From a virus (Duplodnaviria; Caudoviricetes), in the IMG/VR virus record IMGVR_UViG_3300031994_000025, positions 32,001 to 96,000 of that record: a DNA stretch of 64,000 nt; one strand, given 5' to 3'. The first letter of the stretch is position 1, and every line of letters begins with the position of its first letter. The notes beneath the pieces were generated by a model, which was not told the origin of the DNA, did no database searches, and worked only from the letters and a program-made list of their open reading frames with translations. The position numbers and the translations under genes are program-made. Positions 19,427 through 29,243 of the stretch are shown here, one piece after another.

Positions 19427-19731
19427 ACATCACAGCCCCGCACGGATTAACCTACCCTTCGATGCGGATGCGGGGCACGAACTTACGATGGATGATGTAA
19501 GATGGAAGATGTCAGAGCACAATCCGCATGGCAACTTCAGCCATCAGCCATCAGACATGAAAAAGCGTTTCATAACTTGTAAATGCCCAAGCCGGGTGCT
19601 CCGGCTGGGCGAATTGATTTTGAATGTTGACTCAAGGCTCGCTTAATCGCAGCCTTGATGGATGCAGCCTGTCGGGATGACACGCTGCATCTTTTTAACT
19701 ACGATTATTTACCCCTAAAAGATATACGACT

Positions 19732-20673
19732 ATGGCATACAAATTTTCAGAACTGAACAAACTGGGCGACAAGTTTATGGCGGTGTTCGGCATCGGCTTC
19801 AAGCCGTTCTACGACGGGCTGATGTCGGTTGTTTCTAAGCAGCTGTGCATCGACACCCTGAAGTTCGACGAGTGGCTGCACGAGAAGCACGGCAACTATG
19901 AGGATGCGGGGCAGAGCATGGAAGACTGCATCCGTGAGCACTATGGCGACGAAGGAGTGAAACTGATAAACGAGGTGATTGGTGCGGACGGCGATGACGT
20001 TCCGCCTGAGCCTGAGCCGGAGAAGCCGAAGAGAAAGCCCAAGGCGAACGTGAAGATTACGGGGAAGACGGTCAACGAGCGGATTGCTATGGCGCTGCTC
20101 ATGCAGTGTGCTATTGTGTGGGAGCACTGCACGAAGCTCGACCGGAATGTGGCGAGCTGTGAACTGGGGTTCGCCGATGTGTGGAACGGCATGGGCGACT
20201 ACAAGATGTGGAAGAAATGTCCTATAGGGCAGATTGAGGTGGACGTGGACGAGTGCGAACATCCGGACGTGCTTATCCGCAGGATGAAGGCGACGGACGG
20301 CGTGGAGGACTTCAGATACGACGGACGCTGGACGATGGTGAAGCTGTTCGTCCAGACCGACGACCGCGACCCCAGGATGGGCTTCGGGTGCGGCTATCCT
20401 CTGGACGGTGTGTTCGGCGTGGCCCGCGACTTCTGTATGATGAATGCCTGCCAGTCGCTGCTGAACAAGACGGTGTTCGGCATGGACGGCAACGGCAAGT
20501 GGGCACGACTGCCGGAGGTGAAGACCGAGGGCAAGAGCAAGGCGGCTACTATTAAGAAAGCAAAGCCCAAGGCGAGGGCTGCTGTGGTACAGCAGCAGAC
20601 GGAACCTGCGGAGCCGACGTTTGCCGAAAGGCTGCGGGAGGCACTTCTGAAGCACTATAAGGCAGCGGCATAA
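19732..20673 (+). CDS. hypothetical protein
   Basis: 313-aa ORF; ends KAAA. Confidence 0.75.
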   Translation: MAYKFSELNKLGDKFMAVFGIGFKPFYDGLMSVVSKQLCIDTLKFDEWLHEKHGNYEDAGQSMEDCIREHYGDEGVKLINEVIGADGDDVPPEPEPEKPKRKPKANVKITGKTVNERIAMALLMQCAIVWEHCTKLDRNVASCELGFADVWNGMGDYKMWKKCPIGQIEVDVDECEHPDVLIRRMKATDGVEDFRYDGRWTMVKLFVQTDDRDPRMGFGCGYPLDGVFGVARDFCMMNACQSLLNKTVFGMDGNGKWARLPEVKTEGKSKAATIKKAKPKARAAVVQQQTEPAEPTFAERLREALLKHYKAAA

Positions 20674-20703
20674 ACTTGAAACTTGAAACTTGAAACTTGA
20701 AAC
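20672..20703. repeat. heptamer tandem repeat (AAACTTG), about 4.5 copies
   Basis: directly visible. Confidence 0.9.
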
Positions 20704-20707
20704 CAAT

Positions 20708-22111
20708 ATGAATTATTTTGCAAACTGTATGACCCACGAGCAGCTGGAGCAGGAGCACCGGCGGCTTGTAATAAAGATGCACCCGGACAGAAACGCTAAC
20801 GACCCGGAGGCAACGGCTAAGTTCCAGGAGATGCAGCAGCAGTATGAGGAACGCAAGGCGGAGCTGAACGGCGACTATACCAAGTCGGCAAGAGGGCGCG
20901 AGCGGAGAGAACGGGAGCGCCGGGAGCGAGAGGAACGGGAGCGCAAGGAGCGCGAACGCAACCGGCTGGCCGAGGTGCTGGAGCAGGCACGGAAGAACAA
21001 GACGAAGAGCCACAAGGCGATTAGCGTAGGCGACTTCATCTATGCACGACGGCTGAATACGCTGAACCTGACGAATGACTCCGGCGATGACGTGCTGCGC
21101 TGTGTGCTGAAGGACGGTGTGCAGGAAGAGACGGTGGTGATGGTGGAGTACATCGTGGAGTGCGACGACTTCTCGCTGATGAACGGCTCGCTGAGCAAGC
21201 TGATAGGCAGCATGGAGTCGGGTATTGTCTATGGTGGATGGGAAACCATACAGCAGGCCGACCCCGCCAGTGGCATCCGCAAGGCGAAGCGCGTGGCAAA
21301 GGTGGTGTTGTTTCGCTCGGATCGCTACTGCATGATGGGCAATCCGAAAGGCGACCCTACCATCCGCGACTATTACGTGATGCCTTACTACGAGGTGATG
21401 TTCAGCGACCAGTTGCACCGCATCAAGGCGCGGCTCGACCACGAGGCAGCGGAGAAGGCACGCATCGAGGCGGAACGCAAGGCGAGGATCGAAGCGGAGC
21501 AAAGGCCGCTGATAGACGAGTGGGCGCCGAAGCTGATCACTATCAGCCGGGGACTGACCGACGCGGAGCAGCAGACGGTGGCCGTGAGCAACCTGAAGGC
21601 GGTGCTGAAGGGGAAGTTCCCTGGGGTGACGTTCACCATCAAGACCAACCGCTACGGCGAGTCATCGGTGACATGGGAAGACGGGCCTACGGTGGAAGAG
21701 GTGGTCGTTGCCGCCGACCTCTTCAACGACTGGCTCCAGCTGACGGAGCCGACTCCCTGGCAGGAGTGCTTTGGACGGGTGACGGTCAACGCTGCCGACT
21801 TCAACCGCAAGATGAACGTGCTGACGAAGGCCCGCATCCTGCAGCAGCTGGGCGGCGTGACGGAGGCGTTCAGCCAGGGCGACATCGACGACGAGGTGAC
21901 AGTCAGCGACGACGACTGGACGATGCTGCACCTGATGGTGGGTGTGAGTGTCGGCGACGAGGGCGCTACGCTATGCCGCTCTACCATGCAGCCCGACGGC
22001 ACACGGCGGGTGCATATCGGCACGGCAGTCCGCTATGTGTTCGAGCGGACAAGCTATGTGAAGGCGAAGGTCACACGGAAATCACAGAAAGTACAGAAGC
22101 AGGCGGCCTGA
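20708..22111 (+). CDS. J-domain protein with C-terminal LPD29-like domain
   Basis: HPD motif with KFQEM...YE; NLK..LK.KFPGV.F.I...V.WEDGPT. Confidence 0.75.
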   Translation: MNYFANCMTHEQLEQEHRRLVIKMHPDRNANDPEATAKFQEMQQQYEERKAELNGDYTKSARGRERRERERREREERERKERERNRLAEVLEQARKNKTKSHKAISVGDFIYARRLNTLNLTNDSGDDVLRCVLKDGVQEETVVMVEYIVECDDFSLMNGSLSKLIGSMESGIVYGGWETIQQADPASGIRKAKRVAKVVLFRSDRYCMMGNPKGDPTIRDYYVMPYYEVMFSDQLHRIKARLDHEAAEKARIEAERKARIEAEQRPLIDEWAPKLITISRGLTDAEQQTVAVSNLKAVLKGKFPGVTFTIKTNRYGESSVTWEDGPTVEEVVVAADLFNDWLQLTEPTPWQECFGRVTVNAADFNRKMNVLTKARILQQLGGVTEAFSQGDIDDEVTVSDDDWTMLHLMVGVSVGDEGATLCRSTMQPDGTRRVHIGTAVRYVFERTSYVKAKVTRKSQKVQKQAA

Positions 22112-22173
22112 GTAATCGGGTCGCCTGTCGGCGAGAAATTAACTAAAAATTTAATTAAAAATTATTCAAGACT

Positions 22174-22566
22174 ATGCGACACATTAAAGACATCTATCCG
22201 CTGGTGAACGAGGTGCGCCAGCGCATCATCGAGAAAATGAGAGCCGAGAACATCGTGCTCGTACAGTTCTGCCCTGTCAACGAGGATGAGTATTTGGAAG
22301 AGCACGAGGGCGAGGAACATGTGGAAAACTACGAGGACTTCCGCGACAACCACTGTCCGTATGTCATCTGGTTCGACAAGTACAACAGCGGCGAGGACTG
22401 CTGTGTATTCTCTGTCAGCTTCATCGACGGCGAACATCCGCGCTTCAAGATGCAGTGCGAAGGTGAGTATGACGGTCGTGAACTGTTCGACGACGACGTG
22501 GCGCAGCTCACGATGCTCAACGTCTATGAGTGTTTGGAGAGGGAGTTGGGAATTGATAACGATTAA
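22174..22566 (+). CDS. acidic hypothetical protein
   Basis: ORF. Confidence 0.65.
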   Translation: MRHIKDIYPLVNEVRQRIIEKMRAENIVLVQFCPVNEDEYLEEHEGEEHVENYEDFRDNHCPYVIWFDKYNSGEDCCVFSVSFIDGEHPRFKMQCEGEYDGRELFDDDVAQLTMLNVYECLERELGIDND

Positions 22567-22578
22567 AACGAAACGACT

Positions 22579-22845
22579 ATGGAACAGAAGAAACTGAACG
22601 TGGTAATCAGCGGGTGCTTCACGGAGAGCGCCATCGGACATTACGGAAGGACGGCAGCGCGTGAGGCCATCGTCGGCATGGGCTGCACGGTGAAGAGCGA
22701 ACTGAACAAATCGACGGACTATCTGGTAGTAGGCACGGCTAACGTACCGGGGCGCGGCGTTGGACCGGCCAAGCTGAAGATGGCCAAGGCACTCGACATT
22801 CCCGTGGTGACGCTCGACGAACTGAAGCGCCGCCTGGCGGCGTGA
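22579..22845 (+). CDS. stand-alone BRCT domain (LigA C-terminal type)
   Basis: VVISG...R..A...I...G......L.KSTDYLVVG...G..KL..A..L.IPVV. Confidence 0.85.
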   Translation: MEQKKLNVVISGCFTESAIGHYGRTAAREAIVGMGCTVKSELNKSTDYLVVGTANVPGRGVGPAKLKMAKALDIPVVTLDELKRRLAA

Positions 22846-22949
22846 GAAAACTTGCTCACGAACAATCTCCAGATTGGGTATAAGCAATCAGGAGATTGTT
22901 CGTGAATGATAGGAAATTGACAACAGACGAAATCAAAACAAGCGAGATT

Positions 22950-25900
22950 ATGAGTAAGTTACAACGGCTACGTGACAATATCGCGGCAATAGAGTATGCG
23001 CTGACTGGGAACGGCGACGCATCGGTGATGGATAAATACACGGGCTTCGGGGGGATGACGTTCGTGCTGAACCCGCTGGATAAGCCATGGAGCAAGAGCG
23101 AACAGATGTATGTGGACGACACCATCGAACTGCATACGCTGCTGAGAGACGCAAGCAATAGCGATAAGGAATATCAGGCATGGGTGGAGAGCCTGAAGGC
23201 GAGCACGCTGACGGCTTATTATACGCCGGAAGTATTGGTGGAAGCCATTATCGGTGCTATCTACGGCGAGGAGAAACATCAGGGCAGGATCAACTACAGC
23301 ACTCACAAGAAGGGCTGGATAAAGCCGAAGACGTTTCTTGACCCTGCGGCTGGCATGGGAGTATTTATGAGAGCCGTGTGCAGTCAGAACATTGCACTGA
23401 CGCAGTTCGGCTATTCGATGACGGCTTTTGAGAAGGACTTGCTGACGGGTATTTTTCTGAATCGCTGGGCTGGTCCACGCACTAATGTTCATGTCGCTGG
23501 CTTCGAGACTATCCCTGCATCTGAGCTGGGCAAGTATGACCTGGTGAGCACGAATGTTCCCTTTGGCGACATCCGCGTGTTTGATCCTGACTATACGAAC
23601 TCGAAGAGCCAGGTGCGCAGGGACGCGGCCCGCATGATCCACCGCTACTATGTGCTGAAAGGACTTGACTGTCTGCGAGAGGGTGGGGTGCTGGCGTATA
23701 TCATCACGAGCAACTACCTGAACCGCGACGGCGAGCAGATAGGTGAGGCACTGAAGCAGGCACGGCTCATCGGAGCGTATCGGTTGGCGAACAACCTGTT
23801 CAAGGAGAGCGGAACGGAGGTGGGCACCGACCTCTTAGTGATGCAGAAGGACTCGAAGCGAGGTGAACTGACGGAGGAAGAGACAATGCTGCTGACGCAA
23901 TATGAGGACGGCGGGTGCCCGACGAATATGTACTTCGACATGTGGCCGGAGCGAGTGATTGCTACGGCGTGGACGGTTGATACGGATGCCTATGGAAAGC
24001 GGGCATTTGTGTATCAGCACCGCGACGGTGTGCAGGGGATTGCACATCAGCTGGGCGAGGTGCTGTCGAAGGACCTGACAGAGAAGCTGAAGGCGACGGA
24101 GGGGGAAGATAGTGACCCCACCCCTGACCCCTCCCCTACAGGGGCGGGGAGCGGCTACCGCAAGAGCGAGCGCAAGGAGGAACGCAAGAGCGAGAAGCAG
24201 GAACAAGGCGGACAGTGGCAGGAGATAGACGCCAGAGCTATGTATTTGGTGGCCATCAACTACCACTATCAGGAGCTTTACAATAGCGAGGCTGCGAAGA
24301 TGGAGGAGAATGTGGATGCCCGCAAGCGGCTGAACGGGGCGTATGATAACTTCAGGGAGAAGTTCGGTCCGCTGAACAAATCCGAAAACTTGAAAGCCGC
24401 GAAGAAGCTGAAACTGAAGGAGCTGCTGACGCTGGAGATACTGGAGGACGGCGAGTGGCGCAAGGCTGACATCTTCAAGAAGCCGGTGGCTTTCTCGACG
24501 GACGAGATGCACAGCGTGACGGACGCTCACGAGGCGCTGGCACAGTCGCTCAATGACTACGGCAAGCCCGACGTGCGCTATATGGCTGCACTGACGGGGA
24601 AGAGCGAGGAAGAGATATGCGACGAGCTGGACGGGGAGATATACTATAACCCCCTGAGCGAGGAGTGGGAGATTAAGGCGCGGTTCGTCAGCGGGAATGT
24701 GATTGAGAAGATTGACGAGATTAAGCGGAAGTACCAGAACCTCGGTGGAACAGAGGCAGAGGAAGCGCGCGGAACGGCAGACGTGGCGAAACGGGGCGAC
24801 AGGACGGAGGCTTATATCCGCCGCTCGCTTGATGCGCTGAAGAAGTCGGTCCCTGAGCCTATCCCATTCGATGACCTGGACTTCAACCTGGGTGAGCGAT
24901 GGGTGGATACGAAGATTTACGAGGACTTTGCCTCAGAGTTCTTCTCGATGGAGGGCGACGAGTGGGGCAGTAAGGTGGAGGTGACGGTGAAGTATGACCG
25001 CAACCTGGACCAGTATGCCTGCGACAGCGACCGTGGCAACGAGAAAATATATACGCAGTATGCCGTGAGCAGCGAGGCGAGCCAGTCGCTCGACGGTATG
25101 GATTTGCTGGTGCATGCACTGCAGAACTCCTGCCCAAAGATGATGAAGTATCGCCGTGACGAGATGGGGCGCAAGATTAAGACCGCCAGCGGTAAGAGCT
25201 ATGAGAAGGACGAGGACCCGGAGGCTACGCAGAAGGCTAACACGCTCATCGAGGAAATCCGACAGGGCTATCAGGACTGGCTGCTCAGACAGCCCAAGGA
25301 GTTGCGCGACGGACTGGCTGATAAATACAACCGACTGTTCAACTGCCATGTGAAGCCGCAGTTCGACGGTTCGCACCAACGATTTCCCGGCATCGACTGG
25401 GCAGGGCTGGAGGCGAAGTACGAAATACCGCAGCCCGTGTATAAGGACGGCAAGAAGGTGAGCGGCGGCCTGTATAAGAGCCAGGAGGACTGTATCTGGA
25501 TGCTGACGATGCAGGGCGGCGGCATCTGCGACCACGAAGTAGGCAGCGGCAAGACGCTCATCATGTGTCTCGCCGCCCACGAGATGAAGCGACTGGGCTT
25601 CTGCCACAAGCCGATGATCATCGGACTGAAGGCTAACGTGGCTGCCATTGCCGAGACGTATATGACGGCTTACCCCAAGGCCCGCGTGCTCTACGCTAAG
25701 CACGCCGACTACTCAGGCAAGGAGCGCGAGAACTTCTTCAACCGCATGAAGAACAACGACTGGGACGTGGTGATCATGTCGCACGACCAGTTCGGCTTTA
25801 TCCCGCAGTCGGACGAGGTACAGGCCGACGTGATACGTGAGGAGCTGAACCACCTGAACGAGAGCCTGAGCGCACTGTATGGCTCGTGGGACAGCGTGTC

Positions 25901-28094
25901 GAGCCGACTGAAGCGCGGTCTGGAGAAGAAGAAGGCCAACCTGGGAGCCAAGCTGCAGGGTCTGTTGCGCTCCATCGAGAAGCGTAAGTCCGACGTGGTG
26001 GACTTCCGCATGATGGGCATCGACCACATCTTCATCGACGAAAGCCACCAGTTCAAGAACCTCGGCTTCACCACCCGCCACGACCGTGTGGCAGGTTTAG
26101 GCAATTCGGAGGGCTCGAAGCGAGCCTACAATCTGCTCATGGCTATACGAACCATTCAGCAGCGCACGGGGCGTGACCTCGGAGCGACGTTCCTGAGTGG
26201 CACGACGATTACGAATAGCCTGACGGAGCTGTATAGTCTGTTCCGCTATCTGCGACCGCAGGCTATGGCCAAGCAGGGCATCACCTGTTTCGATGCCTGG
26301 GCGGCTATCTTCACCCGCAAGACGCAGGAGTATGAGTTCGGACTGACAAACCAGATTGTGCTGAAGGAGCGCTTCCGCTACTTTATCAAGGTGCCGGAGC
26401 TGGCGCAGTTCTACAACGAGATAACCGACTACCGCACGGCAAAGGACGTAGGCATCGAGCGCCCTGAGAAGTACGCACGGCTGATGCACATCGAACCGAC
26501 CCCCGACCAGGCGGAGTTTATCCACACGCTGATGAAGTTTGCCGAGACGGGCAACTTCAAGCTGATAGGCATCGACAACCCCACCAAGCAGCAGGAGATG
26601 GCGAAGATGCTGTATGCAACGGACCTTGCCCGCAAGATGTCGCTCGACATGCGACTGATTGACCCCTCGTATAGTGACCACCCACGGAGCAAGGCCTCGA
26701 TGTGTGCCAAGATGGTGGCCCAGTACTATCACAAGTTCGAGGATGTGAAGGGTACGCAGATGATATTCAGCGACCTCTCGACGTGGCAGAACGACGGGAA
26801 GTTTAACATCTACGAGGAAATCAAGCGCAAGCTGGTGGAAGACTACGGCATACCTGCCTCGGAGATACGCTTCATCCAGGAGGCCCGGTGCGACACGAAG
26901 AAGAAGAAGCTCATCCACGAGGTGAACGACGGCGACGTGCGCATCCTCTTCGGCAGCACCTCTATGCTCGGCACGGGAGTAAACGCCCAGGAGCGAGTCG
27001 TGGCGGTGCATCACCTTGACACCCCCTGGCGCCCCGCCGACCTGGAGCAGCGCGACGGCAGGGCAGTGCGTAAAGGCAACGTGATAGCCCGCGACTATGG
27101 CGACAACAAGGTCGCCGTAATCATCTACGCCGTGAAGCGGTCGTTAGATGCCTACAAGTTCAACCTGTTGCACTGCAAGCAGACCTTCATCCAGCAGTTG
27201 AAGCAGGGACAGTTGGGCAAGCGCACCCTCGACGAGGGCTCGATGGACGAGAAGGGCAATATGAACTTCGCAGAGTATATGGCTATCCTCTCCGGCAACA
27301 CCGACCTGCTGGAAAGGGCCAAGCTCGACAAGAAGATTGCCGCCTTAGAGGTGGAGAAGAAGAACTTCCACCGCGACCAGCGGCAGGCAGAGGAGCGCCG
27401 CGACAGGCTGCAGAAGGACGTGGAGCGGCTGAAGCAGGATGTGAGCGACGCACAGGCCGACCAGCAGCAGTTCGACGCACGGAAGCAGCTGGGCGAGCAG
27501 GGCGAGGTGTTGAACATGCTGGTGCTCGACGGGTTCACCGTGCCAGAGACCGATGCCGACGGCAAGCCTCTCGACTATGCCGGACAGCAGAAGGCTCTCG
27601 GTGAGCGGCTGTGGCGCATCGAGCAGACGGCCCGCACGCAGGGTGTCCGTCTGAAGATAGGCCAGCTATACGGCTTCGACCTGCTGGTGAAGACCAACGA
27701 GCAGATTATTCACGATGCCGATGGCAACGAGTCGATGGAATACACCAACCTCTTCTCGCTGCAGGGCAACCGCATCCTGCACACCGTGAACAACGGCAGG
27801 CTGTCGCACCTCTCACCCCGCCAGGCATCGCTCTACGCCCTGCACTGTCTGCAGGAGCTGCCCCACCGCATCGCCGACTGGCAACGCTGGATAGCCGACA
27901 ACAACGTGACTATCCGCCAACTCGGCGAACTGCTGAAGCAGACGTGGCCCAAGGAGGACGAGCTGCGCCGCGCCAAGGCCGACCTCGCAAAGCTCGACCG
28001 CAAGATCAACGCCGAGATGAACGGGAAGAAGTCTAACGACGGCTCCGAGGGCAACGCCTCCAAGAGCGACGGCGGGCTGAAGCAGGCGGCGTAA
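22950..28094 (+). CDS. DarB-like N6-adenine methyltransferase / SNF2 helicase fusion
   Basis: AYYTP, DPAAGMG, NVPF; HEVGSGKT, DESH, SGT.ITNS, G.G.NAQ.R, W.P.DLEQR.GR..R.GN. Confidence 0.9.
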   Translation: MSKLQRLRDNIAAIEYALTGNGDASVMDKYTGFGGMTFVLNPLDKPWSKSEQMYVDDTIELHTLLRDASNSDKEYQAWVESLKASTLTAYYTPEVLVEAIIGAIYGEEKHQGRINYSTHKKGWIKPKTFLDPAAGMGVFMRAVCSQNIALTQFGYSMTAFEKDLLTGIFLNRWAGPRTNVHVAGFETIPASELGKYDLVSTNVPFGDIRVFDPDYTNSKSQVRRDAARMIHRYYVLKGLDCLREGGVLAYIITSNYLNRDGEQIGEALKQARLIGAYRLANNLFKESGTEVGTDLLVMQKDSKRGELTEEETMLLTQYEDGGCPTNMYFDMWPERVIATAWTVDTDAYGKRAFVYQHRDGVQGIAHQLGEVLSKDLTEKLKATEGEDSDPTPDPSPTGAGSGYRKSERKEERKSEKQEQGGQWQEIDARAMYLVAINYHYQELYNSEAAKMEENVDARKRLNGAYDNFREKFGPLNKSENLKAAKKLKLKELLTLEILEDGEWRKADIFKKPVAFSTDEMHSVTDAHEALAQSLNDYGKPDVRYMAALTGKSEEEICDELDGEIYYNPLSEEWEIKARFVSGNVIEKIDEIKRKYQNLGGTEAEEARGTADVAKRGDRTEAYIRRSLDALKKSVPEPIPFDDLDFNLGERWVDTKIYEDFASEFFSMEGDEWGSKVEVTVKYDRNLDQYACDSDRGNEKIYTQYAVSSEASQSLDGMDLLVHALQNSCPKMMKYRRDEMGRKIKTASGKSYEKDEDPEATQKANTLIEEIRQGYQDWLLRQPKELRDGLADKYNRLFNCHVKPQFDGSHQRFPGIDWAGLEAKYEIPQPVYKDGKKVSGGLYKSQEDCIWMLTMQGGGICDHEVGSGKTLIMCLAAHEMKRLGFCHKPMIIGLKANVAAIAETYMTAYPKARVLYAKHADYSGKERENFFNRMKNNDWDVVIMSHDQFGFIPQSDEVQADVIREELNHLNESLSALYGSWDSVSSRLKRGLEKKKANLGAKLQGLLRSIEKRKSDVVDFRMMGIDHIFIDESHQFKNLGFTTRHDRVAGLGNSEGSKRAYNLLMAIRTIQQRTGRDLGATFLSGTTITNSLTELYSLFRYLRPQAMAKQGITCFDAWAAIFTRKTQEYEFGLTNQIVLKERFRYFIKVPELAQFYNEITDYRTAKDVGIERPEKYARLMHIEPTPDQAEFIHTLMKFAETGNFKLIGIDNPTKQQEMAKMLYATDLARKMSLDMRLIDPSYSDHPRSKASMCAKMVAQYYHKFEDVKGTQMIFSDLSTWQNDGKFNIYEEIKRKLVEDYGIPASEIRFIQEARCDTKKKKLIHEVNDGDVRILFGSTSMLGTGVNAQERVVAVHHLDTPWRPADLEQRDGRAVRKGNVIARDYGDNKVAVIIYAVKRSLDAYKFNLLHCKQTFIQQLKQGQLGKRTLDEGSMDEKGNMNFAEYMAILSGNTDLLERAKLDKKIAALEVEKKNFHRDQRQAEERRDRLQKDVERLKQDVSDAQADQQQFDARKQLGEQGEVLNMLVLDGFTVPETDADGKPLDYAGQQKALGERLWRIEQTARTQGVRLKIGQLYGFDLLVKTNEQIIHDADGNESMEYTNLFSLQGNRILHTVNNGRLSHLSPRQASLYALHCLQELPHRIADWQRWIADNNVTIRQLGELLKQTWPKEDELRRAKADLAKLDRKINAEMNGKKSNDGSEGNASKSDGGLKQAA

Positions 28095-28106
28095 ACACCC
28101 CGATTT

Positions 28107-28169
28107 CGTGAAGTATACTTTCCGCTCGCGGGAAGTATACTTGCCGCACGGCAGAAGTATACTTCACGA
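28107..28169. repeat. three copies of palindrome AAGTATACTT at 21-bp spacing inside CGTGAAG...CTTCACG inverted ends
   Basis: directly visible. Confidence 0.8.
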
Positions 28170-28222
28170 TTTTGCCCTTTATAACGAACACGAATTAAGA
28201 CTAATTAAAACGAATTGGAACT

Positions 28223-28843
28223 ATGACAAAGAAATCATTCACCTACGGCGGCTACACATTCGAGCCGCGAGGATTGTTCGCAGACTTCGGCCTGAACGAC
28301 GACATTCATGAAATCTGCTGCAAACTGGACAGCAGTAACTTCGGCTATGTAGCCGATGGCGACGAGCCTTATAACTATGACGACTTCTACAAGGCTGCGG
28401 GCGAGAAGGTTGACGACGTGTTCCTGTGTAAGGAGAACGGCATCTTGTACGTCCCATGTCAGTCATCGCTGCAGATTTTTACACCCGGCAAACATGAGCC
28501 AGGCAGTGTGTCAGCAGCATATCACCGTCGGCGTGCAGCCATCGAGGAAGCCAGGAGCGAGCGCAAGCGTGAAGAACTGAAACACGTTATGACTCCCACG
28601 GAAGAGCAGAATCAGACTATCATCGCCCTGCGTCATGCCATTGACGAGTGTCGCAAGCAGGGGCTGGACTTCGCCGTGGATGGCACGGACCTGTATGTGT
28701 TCCGTGCTGACCTGCTGGAGAATTTGACAAGCGACATGGCTCCTGCGGACGGGCAAGAAGGAATCGCCGACAACCTCATCTCAGTCATTGACAACGCATG
28801 GGATGTCTGCGAGGGGTTGTACGCTAATCCGAAAAAAGTATAA
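28223..28843 (+). CDS. hypothetical protein
   Basis: 206-aa ORF. Confidence 0.7.
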   Translation: MTKKSFTYGGYTFEPRGLFADFGLNDDIHEICCKLDSSNFGYVADGDEPYNYDDFYKAAGEKVDDVFLCKENGILYVPCQSSLQIFTPGKHEPGSVSAAYHRRRAAIEEARSERKREELKHVMTPTEEQNQTIIALRHAIDECRKQGLDFAVDGTDLYVFRADLLENLTSDMAPADGQEGIADNLISVIDNAWDVCEGLYANPKKV

Positions 28844-28861
28844 CGATTAAACGATACGACT

Positions 28862-29059
28862 ATGGCATACATGAGTTATTGCAGATTTGAAGGCACCGCC
28901 AGCGACTTCGGCGAGTGCATCGAAGACCTGAAGAAAGGTAAAGTGTTGAACCCGTATGAAGAACCCTACCGCCACACGCTCTACAAGATGGCGAAGGAGT
29001 ACATCACGGCATACGAGAACTATACTCCCAAGCCCGACGATGACGAGGACGAGGACTAA
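28862..29059 (+). CDS. small phage protein
   Basis: MSYCRFE.T..D...C motif recalled from small phage proteins. Confidence 0.65.
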   Translation: MAYMSYCRFEGTASDFGECIEDLKKGKVLNPYEEPYRHTLYKMAKEYITAYENYTPKPDDDEDED

Positions 29060-29243
29060 ACACCGACCTTCGCTTGGCCTAAAAACCCGACCGAGGGTCG
29101 GCTTCTGAACGCCTATATCATACCGCTTCAAAACCGATATGATATATCACCTTGCAACTGCATTGAGAGATCACTTTGCAAGTGGATTGAGAGATCACTT
29201 TTCCAATCCCATTTTCCAACCCCAATTAAAACCCAACAAGATT

